Shown here: in pieces, positions 39,181-50,000 of the stretch
Layout: each line of letters opens with the position of its first letter
Position numbering within the stretch: the first letter of the stretch is position 1
Source: Squalus acanthias
Lineage: Eukaryota
DNA: 64,000 bases
NCBI GenBank assembly: GCA_030390025.1
Contig: CM059431.1
Location: forward strand, 117,058,001 to 117,122,000
Direction of reading: 5' to 3'
Made by a program: the position numbers and the translations under genes
The notes under the pieces: model-generated
Told to the model about the DNA's origin: nothing
The model's database searches: none
What the model saw: the letters and a program-made list of their open reading frames with translations, nothing else

Positions 39181-42043
39181 GCTCCCCTAACCCGCGCCCG
39201 TTTTTGGCCTAACGTGAACATCTCCCCCCCCCCCCCCGCCCCCGCCCATCACCGCCAGGTGTGGTAAAGTTCCTTACTACAAAATACAGCAGTCAGCAAA
39301 GGGCTATATTCTCCAAATGTTATTAAACTCTTTAAGCAAACGCATTTTCTGATTTCACCTCTCCCTACACCAGCAATCGATGCCACAGTGGTTTATGTGT
39401 TCTGAAAATATAATAACTTTAAAGCTATTTTATTGCGAAAGGGAAACACACAGAAGGCCCAACATATTTGAAAAACAAAAATGAAAAACTACAGATCAAT
39501 AATTTGCATCTTGTGCCTATATTATTGTGTAATCTTTTTTTATAGTAACTTCATAATTTTGCTAATATTACTTTGTTCTATTTAATGAATCTCAATAATA
39601 TTCAGACATGTAATTAGAAAACTGACATGATTGTCAAATTAGTGGTAATTACACTTATCTTTATGCAGACACATTTCAAGGACATTTTATTAATTCCTAT
39701 ACATAGAGTGCACTTGATTTAATATTCTCTGGCTGTAATACCTTTCTTGTTCTAAATTCAAGATGTTTTACCCCTGTGGGAAAACATTTTATTCCTGTTG
39801 TCCAATTGAGTTGCGCCATTTTCCTTGCAACATCTAATTTTTGAGTCGCTTGCCTCAAAATGCTTTCAGAGCAGCAGCCGGTTATTTTCTTTTCAGCTTG
39901 AAATAAAGGTTATTGCTTTTCATTGGCATAAAATAAGATTCAGCCTGAAAAGTGGGCTTCTCTAATTTTATAATAAAAGACCAATGCTGCTGAATCTACT
40001 TGGATTGTTATTCTGAGAAAATTCACCTCAGTAAAAGCATGGATGCAGTATGGTATTGATCTGGCCAGTCATTTAATTGAGGCAAGTTGTTATTAATGTA
40101 TCTTTTTATCTGAAAGTATGCCTATGTCTGCTGGGAATGGATCTGGTCAGCGCTGATGATATTACACCAGTGATAGATATCAATTCAGACTTTCCAGTTG
40201 ATAGGCGATCAGTCAGCGAGTGTCTCTGGAGGTTCAGTACAACCTTTTGTAGTAGTTCTTATCAGTGACCAAGCAAAATATATTGTACTTTGCTTGCAAT
40301 GTCTCTGGGGTAGGTCACTAATAATGCAACTAGTCAATAGATGATGCAGTCTTTGATGGACCTGGATCATAATGCACTGTAAAATGAATCACATATTGGA
40401 ATTTTGTCTTCTGAAAGAGTCCCAATTCTGCATAGTCGCTTAATTAGTCATACTCCATTCATGGGGACATATTTCAAAATCTCTCCTTAGTATAAAGGCT
40501 GGTCGCAAATTTATTTCTTTTAACTAACATATGACATATACAAATCCTTACATCTTTTGCATATAATTAATAGAAACTGCTGCGCTGATACATGACTGAC
40601 CCTGTTAATTGTGTGTGTGTCTCCAAAAGCGAAGAGTTTAGTTGCTGTCAGGGATGCTGTGAATAGCTGAGGGTGGGCTTGGCGATGATTCATTATGGCA
40701 AGAACTATGCACTTTAGAAATGTTTAGTTTTCAAACATGGTTGCCGCGGGGGTAAGGATCGTGCGCGATCTTACCTACCGCGCCTGCCGTTATGGTTTTG
40801 GCCCACACGAACTTCTGCTCCTGGGCCTCTCCCTGGTGCCGGCGTGCAGTGTGTGCGTGTCCCAGAGGCGCAGTTAGTTCGATGCGACCTCTGGGATCAC
40901 GTGGGCCAGTTAGAGCCAATGGCAGCACACCATCTTTCATTCATAGTTTTGACAGGAAGAGCTGTCAAAACTATGAGTAGAACAAGCCCCCAAAAGAACA
41001 GCTAAACCTCAATTAATTTTTTTTTAAAAACCATCACATTAATAAAATAACTATAGTTAAATAAATTAACCACTTTAAACAAAATTTAAATTTTTGAAAA
41101 AATTTAAATTCTTTTTAAAAGTTATAAAAATAAACTTACCTTTCTTTAAAGTCTCTAAAAAAGATAAACCTGTTGAAATTTTTTTAAATAATACTTAATT
41201 AACTACTTACCTTGTTAAAAGGGGGTCTTACGCCTCCTTTCTTCATGTGTAAAATCTTCAACACTTACCCTCGCGTTCAAACCTGAAAAAAAAACTAAGT
41301 GTGCTGCGTGCGCACAACCTGTAGTGCGCACGCGGTTCACTTAGGAACCGCCCCCTTCGCAATATCGGAAGTGCCGGTTTCCCACGCATGCGCAGTGCAT
41401 GCAGGAAACCGGCACTTCGGGACCGAATATGGGTGAGTACACAGTGCGTACTCCGTATTCGGACGAATTTCTGGGCCTTTCATTTTTGGAAGTTGTTATA
41501 AAACTTTGGGCTACTGTCCGGTGCAATACACTGGGCTAGAAATTCGGCTACATAGCGCCCGATTTTTTGGCGCTACGGGTGCCGTTCTGTGATGAAAATG
41601 GCGTCTGCATCGTACGCACACACTTCTGGTGCATGCCGCGCCGGCGCCATCTTGGTTAGGGCAGTAGGGCGGGCGTTAGGAGCGTGCGCTGGATGTAGGT
41701 TGAGTGGGCAGATCATGATGTCAATCAGCGTGCAACGCTAATTTGACGCCCGTGCTGTCCTTTTCGTCCTCAGCACTGGAGCTAACATCCTGTCATAACC
41801 TCGCAAAGCTGATCATGTGTTCAGCAGCAGCAAGGACCCCTCACCAGCGATATTTAAAGCGATCAGCAACTATTCTAAGGTTAGTTGCTGATTAATTTCG
41901 AATGGCTCTGTGTAAGTTTGTGGAAGTGTTTGGAGGTTTCTAGAGTTGTTTAAAGTTGGTGAGGTGACAGGGAGTGGTGCTGCAAGTGGAGAAGGCCTTG
42001 GTTCTGACTTCAAGGGTTCTGGTCAGACCACTTGCTCCCATTC

Positions 42044-43190
42044 ATGGGTGCTGTAGCTGTCATCCCCCTTGGCCTGCAGCATGACAGGGAGATGGAGCAG
42101 AGGCAGCGAAGAAGAGGACAAGCTGCTCGTAGAGGGAGGAGGAGGAGGGGGAGAAGGGCACTCAGCAGGAGGCCTTACTCACCTAGGGTCTTCCGAGAGC
42201 AATTCTCTTACCTCAGCCTGAGCCAGGAGCAGTGTGTGAGGCGTCTGCACTTTACAGAGGAGGTACTCACAGAACTCTGCCACCTCTTGCAACCAGACCT
42301 GCAGCCTCACACCAGGGCAAGGACAGCGCTGCCAGTGGCTGTGACGGTGACTGTGACCCTGAATTTCCTCGGGTCAGGATCTTTCCAGGCTGGAGCAGGC
42401 GACATTTGTAACATCTCCCAGTTCGCCATCCACTGCTGCTTAAGAGAGGTCACAGATGCTCTTTATGCCAGGAGAGGGGACTTCATTGCCTTCTATCTGA
42501 CCAGAGAGAAGCAGGCGGGGCATGCACATAGCTTTGCCAGGATAGCAGGCTTCCCCATGGTGCAGGGTGAAATCGACTGCATGCACGTGGCTTTGCGGGT
42601 GCCACATCTAAATGCTGAGATGTACCGCAACCGTAAAGTTTACCACTCACCGAATGTGCAGTTGGTGTGCGACCATGCTCAGCACATCCTCATAGTGACT
42701 GCTTGGTATCCTGGCAGCAGTCATGATGCTTTTATTCTGTGCCAGTCCATTGTTCCCGCAGTCTTTGAGCCATCACGACAAACCAGAGGGTGGCTACTGG
42801 GCGACAAGGGCTATCCACTGACCACCTGGCTCATGACGCCGCTCCGCAACCCACGTACATGTGGGCAGCATGCGTACAATGAGAGCCATGCTGCCACATG
42901 GAATCTGATGGAGCAGACCATTGGCATCCTTAAACAACACTTCCACTGCCTGGACCACTCTGGCAGTACCCACCAGAATGTGCCTCACGATTTGTCGTGG
43001 TCTGCTGCATGCTACACAACCTCACCATCATGAGAGTACAGCCCTTGCCACCAGACATACAGCGACCAGCTGAGGAGTAGGAGGAGGAAGCGGAAGAGGA
43101 TGAAGAGGAAGAGGAGGAGGCAACAAAGAGAGCCCTTTTCTGCCCGGGGTGTCTTTGAATGACTCATCCGATCACACAGCCAGTGAACAC
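42044..43190 (+). pseudogene. Harbinger transposase, frameshifted or deleted near the C-terminus
   Basis: GEIDCMH, LLGDKGY, MEQTIG; frame lost after CLDHSGS. Confidence 0.88.
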
Positions 43191-44148
43191 AACCCCAATT
43201 CCCCACCCCACACCTTACCTTCCCTCTGTTACTGACCATCACAGTTTCCTCTTAGCCACAATGGTAGAATAAAAGCCACCACAGAAGAAACAATCCAATC
43301 CAACTTTATACATCAATCCATCCAATATTACATAGCAAACTCAACTAATCACACTTGTGCATCCCCTTAGTGCCTGTTTTCAGTGTGCCTTTGCCTGTCC
43401 TCGTGCTCCTACGAAGTGCTACCCCAGTGGCTGCTGCATGGCTGGTGGAAGGCTGCTGACTTTCAGTGGGGGAGACTACAGAATGCCTTGCAGAAAAACC
43501 TTGAGCATCTCTGGGCCTAGAAGGCCCAGCTGCAGACTACACCACCACCTCACATGGGCTACAGCAGTCTGGGCTGTTTGGCTTGTAGAATTCGCAATTA
43601 TCGCGATTTCATTTTAATAAGGAGAAAACACAAGTTTCGTTCAAAACAGCTTTTATTTCAGCGGAATGCTGTCAGGTTTAAATTGGACACAAGCAGCCTG
43701 TAAAATGGCCGCCGCACCGCGTGACAGAACATTCGAGACTTTTCAGCAGGCAGACAAGATGGCGTTCCAATAAACATTTTTGCAGGATCGATAACGATTC
43801 AGCACAGTGAAGACAATACACAGGACATTATGGGTTTACAGTATAAACATCGATACTGGGATCGGTCTCCCAGGTACAAAGGAAAGCCATCAAGGGCCCA
43901 TCCAAAGGACATTAATATGTAAACTCCCAACGGCTCTACGATGAGAGAGCCGTTAGCAGGTAGTTATACAGGACACTTGGAAGCCCCAAACCCCTCCAGG
44001 GGGAACACCGACCGATTTAACAATGGGAGAAATATTAACAGGTACTCAAACATTCAGGAGTAGCCCCGAAACCCATTAAGGACAGAGATCACCCATACAG
44101 GACATTTTTGGGCGCCAAACCTTAAACAAAAGAATGGACATTGTAGTT

Positions 44149-44180
44149 AGGCGGGAAACGGAAGAACTGTGCACTATAAT
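44149..44180 (+). promoter_or_regulatory. Putative LTR promoter (GGCGGGA box and TATA)
   Basis: ggcggga...gcactataa is conserved in both solo LTRs. Confidence 0.55.
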
Positions 44181-44956
44181 TGCAGGCCCAAACCGTCCAT
44201 TCGCTCTCTTGCTCTTTTGCTCTTGACTCTTGCCGCTTGCTGCTGTTATCATCGTGGCTGCTCCTGTGTTTTATCCGGTCGATTCGTAACCTCGTGGCTG
44301 CTCCTGGGTAAAAGACTGTTGCAAAGACCTATGTTGGTAGCTGGCAGCGGAACCGAAGGCCCGGGATGAGATGAGATGAGATGAGATGAGAGGAGAAGAG
44401 AAGAAGACCTTATCCATCGCCACGGTCAGTAAATCCCGACCGCGCCTGTAGGTCGATCAGCCAAGTCTTCTCGACAGGAAGTTTTCTTCTTTAACAAGAC
44501 ATATTGCATCGATGATAACTGGACTGTGTAAACACATCGTATCAGTGATATTGACAACGGTGCTCCACGATTAAACTTTGAAGCCCACCAACAGAGGTCT
44601 TCACTACAGCGGACGGTCCAGCCGACTGACCGAGCAGCAGAAGCAGTAAACAAGTGGGACCAGGAGATCTCCTGACCAACACGTGGGTGCTGCGGTGAAA
44701 AACATCCGATCAGCTATTCGGGATTTCTCCGAGTTATTACGAGTGGTGAGCATGAGTCTCGGGATCCTACGAAGCTAGTTTTAGGATAGTTATTGATAGG
44801 GGAGGGTTTAAAGATTAAGGATATTTGTAATGTGTGCCCTATTTACGTTGTGCTGGTCGTTCCTCGTTTCCCTAAGAGTGATTATAACTGTTTGTAAGAT
44901 TGTACTGTCATTAATCTGTGCATATGACATGTATTTCATAATTTTAAGTATCATGC

Positions 44957-44962
44957 AATAAA
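44957..44962 (+). terminator. Poly(A) signal AATAAA (3' LTR copy at 55920-55925)
   Basis: atgcaataaagatt is conserved in the solo LTRs; aataaagatt also in the 37661-39180 LTR. Confidence 0.7.
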
Positions 44963-45208
44963 GATTTTCCATTTCGTACCGTTCAAACCAAGTCTACATG
45001 AGTTTTATCTCCATTACTGCTCTCGCATCTAAGTCCAGTGTCTAGAACCGTAAGGGAGAGTGATTCGAACCACTCACAGGGGTGTCTAGTGTTCCCAGAC
45101 TGGCTGGAGACCAGGCCTAGACCCGCACTGACATACAGGCTGCACAGAGCCGCGTGAACCTCACAGGCTACGAGACACGCAGGGTCAGGAGAGTATCCCT
45201 TACAGAAA

Positions 45209-47020
45209 ATGGCGACCGCGGCAGGACACTGGCAGCGAGAGGGTAGTGTGTTAGATTTTGGAATGACTGTACGAAATGTGATGCAGGAAAAGATAGCGGA
45301 TTACGTATTTGGAAAGGTTAATCTAACGAAAAAGTGGATAAGTGAACTGTTAGCGGATAAGAGCCCACTAGAGGCAGCTGAAAGGTGGACGGATAGTAAG
45401 GAGCATAAAAAGGCAGTTGAGAAAGCAGTCTGGCTTATGTGCTACAAAAGGCAGGTCCAGATTTCAAACCAGACCAATACAGCGCTAACCGCTCGAATCA
45501 AGCATCTAGAGGAGGAAATGGAGGAGAAGGTTTCTGGAGGGGAGGCGCTCATTAAGAGTTTAAATGAGTTACGCCAGGAAAGCCAGGAAGTCTCCAGCTA
45601 CCTTAAAACAAGGGTAGAGTATCTCGAGTGCCAGATCACTGAAGCAAAATTAAACGAGAGTAGGATGAAGGAAAGATGTAACCGTCAAGCTGCCCAGATA
45701 AGAACTCAAGAAGAGAGCTTAATGGGGGTTAGGTCGGCGTATAAGTTGGCCCTTGAGGATAAGTTTCAGGGAGCCGACCATAGCGCCTGCGAAAAAGAGA
45801 TAGAGAGCCTCAAAAAGGCCGTGAATAATGCGAACGGCATGGTGTGCCTTATTAATCCGTCGGCACGCCAGCCGCTAGTAAATGAGAGATTTAGAAATTC
45901 CCCACCAAGTAAAGCAGAAGAAGTAGTAGCCACTGCGCCCTCCGCGCCACCCAGCTATTCAGAAACCTGGGTTAGGGAGGAAGCAACGGAAGAAACAAAA
46001 GAGCCCGTTGAAAAGGAAGTAGAAAAGGGATCGTTGTATCCAGTAACGGGGATTAAAAGGGGCCCAAGCAGAAACGGTGGGGAAGAACCGGGGGATCTCC
46101 TCGGACAGCTGGTGTTGCCTCACAGTTCACATCAGCTGAGAGCCATGATAAACCACGTAAGGAAGCTGACCGAGATAGACGACCCTTCCGTACATTTCAG
46201 GGAAGTTGAGCAAGCCGCAGCCATTAACGGCTGCGATGATGGGGAGACAGCAAAAATGCTGCTGTTCTCATTAGACAGCTCGGTCCTTCAGTGCCTCTCA
46301 GGTGAGAGCAAGAGGGGAAACAAAAGTTATGAGGAATTGAAAAATGAGGTCCTAGAAGTAGTGGGAGCGAACGACGGAGGTCCGTTTGCTAGAGTGGGAC
46401 AGACAGTGCAGATGGAGGGAGAACCCCCGAAGGTTTTTGCCGACAGGCTGTGGCCAGTATATGAGCGCAGCTGTCTAGGTGCGCCCGAGCGCGAAGATGT
46501 GGAAGGCGCCGCTTTAATTCATTGGCTTAGGTGCATAATAGCCAACAGTTTACCAGCCGTTAGAGAGCAGGCAAAAGCCTGGTTCGATCCCAATGACCTC
46601 AACCTTACGGAAGAGTCGGTCTTGAATCGACTCACGTTAGGTTACCGTAACATAAGGGGTATGGCAACACGTCCCTTTAAGGGAAGAGTACATGAGGTAC
46701 GACCCGCAGCCCCGGCTCAAAGAGAGTGGCATCAGGAGGGTAATCGCGCCCCACAGGCAAGTAATGCCTGTTACGGGTGTGGGAAGACAGGGCACTGGCG
46801 CAAGCACTGCAGGAACCCTTGGAAGGATTCCAAGGATAAAAATCCCGCGGTCCGAACCCAGGCGCCTGTCCCGGCTAAGGAAGCAAAGGCACCCACCTCT
46901 CCCGAAGACCTCGAGGCAGTGTTAGGAGTCATGCGCAAGATGGTTTTGAATGCGCGTGGACAGGTGGCGGTCGCAACCGGCCCCGTAGGTGCCGCAGGAC
47001 CGTCTAATAGTGCCCCATGA
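45209..47020 (+). CDS. gag: Gag polyprotein (603 aa)
   Basis: N-terminal coiled-coil region, PSAPPSY late motifs, capsid-like region, CCHC knuckle CYGCGKTGHWRKHC (46769-46810); start codon uncertain. Confidence 0.9.
   Translation: MATAAGHWQREGSVLDFGMTVRNVMQEKIADYVFGKVNLTKKWISELLADKSPLEAAERWTDSKEHKKAVEKAVWLMCYKRQVQISNQTNTALTARIKHLEEEMEEKVSGGEALIKSLNELRQESQEVSSYLKTRVEYLECQITEAKLNESRMKERCNRQAAQIRTQEESLMGVRSAYKLALEDKFQGADHSACEKEIESLKKAVNNANGMVCLINPSARQPLVNERFRNSPPSKAEEVVATAPSAPPSYSETWVREEATEETKEPVEKEVEKGSLYPVTGIKRGPSRNGGEEPGDLLGQLVLPHSSHQLRAMINHVRKLTEIDDPSVHFREVEQAAAINGCDDGETAKMLLFSLDSSVLQCLSGESKRGNKSYEELKNEVLEVVGANDGGPFARVGQTVQMEGEPPKVFADRLWPVYERSCLGAPEREDVEGAALIHWLRCIIANSLPAVREQAKAWFDPNDLNLTEESVLNRLTLGYRNIRGMATRPFKGRVHEVRPAAPAQREWHQEGNRAPQASNACYGCGKTGHWRKHCRNPWKDSKDKNPAVRTQAPVPAKEAKAPTSPEDLEAVLGVMRKMVLNARGQVAVATGPVGAAGPSNSAP
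45210..45227 (+). other. Primer-binding site, tRNA-Arg
   Basis: TGGCGACCGCGGCAGGAC is the 18-nt complement of the 3' end (...GUCCUGCCGCGGUCGCCA) of vertebrate tRNA-Arg(TCG) as I recall it; 5 nt downstream of the LTR. Confidence 0.85.
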
Positions 47021-50000
47021 CTAGAACCAGCACAGCCCGTCTACCTGTGTCCGCTCAGCTATGATGCGTGGAGGCGACCTGTGGTGGAGATGGAGGTAGA
47101 GAAACAAAAGGGCAGTTATTTGTTGGACACGGGAGCTTCTTGCACCATAATCCATACAGATGACCCTTTTGACTCGCCGCTATCTACCAAGGTCCCATTC
47201 ACGCTAGCAGGGTTCACAGGGAAAGAACAGGCTGGCACGTTTTCCCTCCCGCTATCCATTCGTTTAGGGACACTTCGCCTTAAGTGGAAGTGTATACTGA
47301 TGGCATGGCAAAAGGGGGGTGGAAGAGGTATTCTCGGGTCCGATCTGCTAGCGGGACACGGGATCCTCGTGGACCTCAGAAATCACTGTCTCTGGGGGGC
47401 TAAAGGTGAAAAAGGCGAGGTAATGGTAATTCAAGGGGAGGAAGAAACAGGGGTCCTGTGTACCGTACAGCCATCCGGAGGCTACGACCTCAGGCTTATG
47501 GTCGCAGATGTCCCAACGGACATGCAAACGTACGTGACAGATAATATGCACGCGTTTGCAACCCACAAGCACGATTGTGGGAGGGTGGTCGGGTTTGAGG
47601 TCAGCGTAGATGGGGACCCCATGACCCGACCCCAAAAGCAGTATAACTTCCCCAAAGAAGCAGAACCCGATATGGAGGCAGCAATGTCTTCCTTGGTGCA
47701 GCAGGGCGTGTTGAGGCCGATAGCCACACACGTGAACTCCCCATTATGGCCGGTTAGGAAGCCGGATAATTCGTGGAGAGCCACGGTGGACTACAGAGTC
47801 CTTAACAGTAACATCCCCGCCTGCGCGCCCACAGTAGCAGCAGTTGCTGACCTAATAGGGAGCATCCCAGCGTCCGCGACCACGTTCACGGTGCTGGATA
47901 TCTCGAACGGTTTTTGGTCCATCCCGCTGCGGCGAGAGGACCAGTACAAGTTTGCCTTTACGTTTAAAGGGCAACAGTACACGTGGAACTGTTTGCCACA
48001 AGGTTTCCACAATAGCCCCAGTATTTTTCACCAGTGTATGGCAGGAAGTTTAAAGGAGTTTAGTCAGCCCAATCAGATAGTACAGTATGTGGATGATTTG
48101 CTCCTATTTACGGACTCAAGGGAGGAGCACGGACCACTGCTGGACGAGTTATTGGAGCTGTTAGCGAGAAAGGGTTTTAAAGTAAACCCAAAGAAAGCAC
48201 GTATCGGTCAGCAGGAAGTAAAATTCCTGGGACTGACCCTACGCGCTGGGGAAAGAGCCATAGACAAAGCAAGGAGGGAGTCGGTGCAAGAATTACCGAT
48301 TCCCAACAACGTAAGGGGTGTGAGGTCCTTCTTGGGACTGACCGGTTACTGCAGGGATTTTATCGAGGATTATGCGGCCACAGCGGCGCCGCTCCTCCGA
48401 CTCCTCCATAAGGGAGTAGAGTGGCTTTGGGACGAGGGCTGCCAAGCAGCCTTCGAGAAGTTAAAAAGGGATCTGCAGACCGCGCCAGCCTTAGGGGCCA
48501 TAGATGGGGGGAAGGAGTTTTTCCTGGAGGTAGCTGCCAGCGGAGACAGCTTAAGCGCCGTGCTGCTCCAAGAGCGTCACGGCAAGCTGAGGCCGGTTGT
48601 CTATTCATCCAGGGTATTAACGGATGTGGAGAGAAGTTTTTCCAATTGCGAAAGGCACCTTTTAGCCACGCATTGGGCTGTGAAAAGATCAGCGATCTTC
48701 ACAGGGCTCTCTCCCATCACTCTCCTCACACATCACACACCAACTAAGATGCTTCTGGATGGGAGGATTAAAGACGGGACCGTAAGCAGCGCACGCATTG
48801 CGCGTTGGACCCTTCTTCTCTCCCAGTTGGACATCAGAGTAAAAGGTCTTTGCGAGCCCAGGCTTGCGGCCAATTTGGTATACCCCGGTACAGCCCACCG
48901 GTGTTCGGTGGAGGGGGTGTGGGACGTCAACATAGGTTTACGGGCCGGGGTACATCCCACTGGGCGCGAGATTTATGTTGATGGGTCTAGCACAGTATCT
49001 GCTGGCGAGCGACTCACAGGGTGTGGAGTTTATGACCCTGCGGCAGACCTTGCCCTGGCGATCAAGCTCCCTAGCACCATGAGCGCGCAGCAGGCTGAGC
49101 TGTCTGCCGTGGTGTACGTGGTAACCCACCCAGACATTTTCCCAACCCCATACACGATTTGCTCGGACAGTATGTTCACCTGCAATTCGTGTACGGAATA
49201 CCTGGCCATTTGGTCCCGCCGTGGATACACCTCCGCGGACGGGCGACCTTTAACGGTAAAGCCCTTGCTGGAGAAGATCTTAGCAGCAGCAGTAGGGGAG
49301 GAAGGGGAGATTTTCATCCATAAGGTGAAAGCTCACTCCTCCACAGAGCCCCGTGGGGAGGGCAACCGGCAGGCGGATGCGCTAGCCAGGGAGGGTGCCC
49401 GCGACGGTACTTTCTGGAACCCCTATAGAACCGGACCCATAGCAGCGGTCCGAGGTGGGGACGGGAATACCGGGAACACCAGGGTAGCATTGCCCCTAGA
49501 CCTTAAGACCGTCCAAGCCCAGGATCCCGCCCTAAAAGCAGTCCTAAAAACGATTGCTGAGGGGAGGCAGGTAGAAGGTCCGTACAGTACGGCAACCCTC
49601 TCAGTTAAGGAAGGCATGCTGTTCCGCGAGGAGCAGTGGGTTGTGCCGCAGCAGCACAGGAGGGAATTCCTCCAGTTGGCTCACGAGGGACCAGGGGCAG
49701 GGCACCCCGGGCCCGAGGTTACCTGGCAACGGGTAGAGCAAGCGGGATGGTGGCCAGGGCTCAGGGAACAAGTCCGCGAGTTCTGTGCAAACTGTCTTGT
49801 GTGCGCTGCAAACAACCCAGACCCCCAGAAAAGGAAGGTGCCCATGGGACACGTAAGAAGGGTAGAGGGACCATGGCAGTCGATACAGATCGACTATATA
49901 GGACCCCTGCCCACCACCCAGGGAGGTTATAAGTACTGCCTCGTCCTGGTGGATGTGTTTTCCAAGTGGGTGGAAGCCTTCCCTTGTCGAACAGCTACGG

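Larger units (their letters stand above)
34779..39225 (-). mobile_element. Degraded Harbinger: Myb-like gene on the minus strand with nested CR1 and LTR insertions
   Basis: Exon 1 end QQC*KKFNNL..AK|gtaag at about 36635-36699; exon 2 KLTYNARER.HPRGGRP; terminal block ccgcgcccgtttttggcctaa at about 39192-39212 matches the reverse complement of the 59782 Harbinger end. Confidence 0.6.
43584..45204 (+). repeat. 5' LTR
   Basis: Matches 54547-56167; one difference seen (44149 A vs 55112 G); TATAAT 44175, AATAAA 44957. Confidence 0.97.

Noticed and set aside
40077..40268. Possible host exon in unique DNA
   Set aside because: No recognisable protein motif or consistent splice sites
44169..44653. 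Small ORFs within the LTR as accessory genes (also 54445-54666, 7298-7650, 23691-24179)
   Set aside because: Short, mostly non-ATG starts and not conserved between LTR subfamilies; cannot be supported
47081..47083. GTG as an independent pol start
   Set aside because: The frame is open back to the gag stop, so readthrough explains pol better
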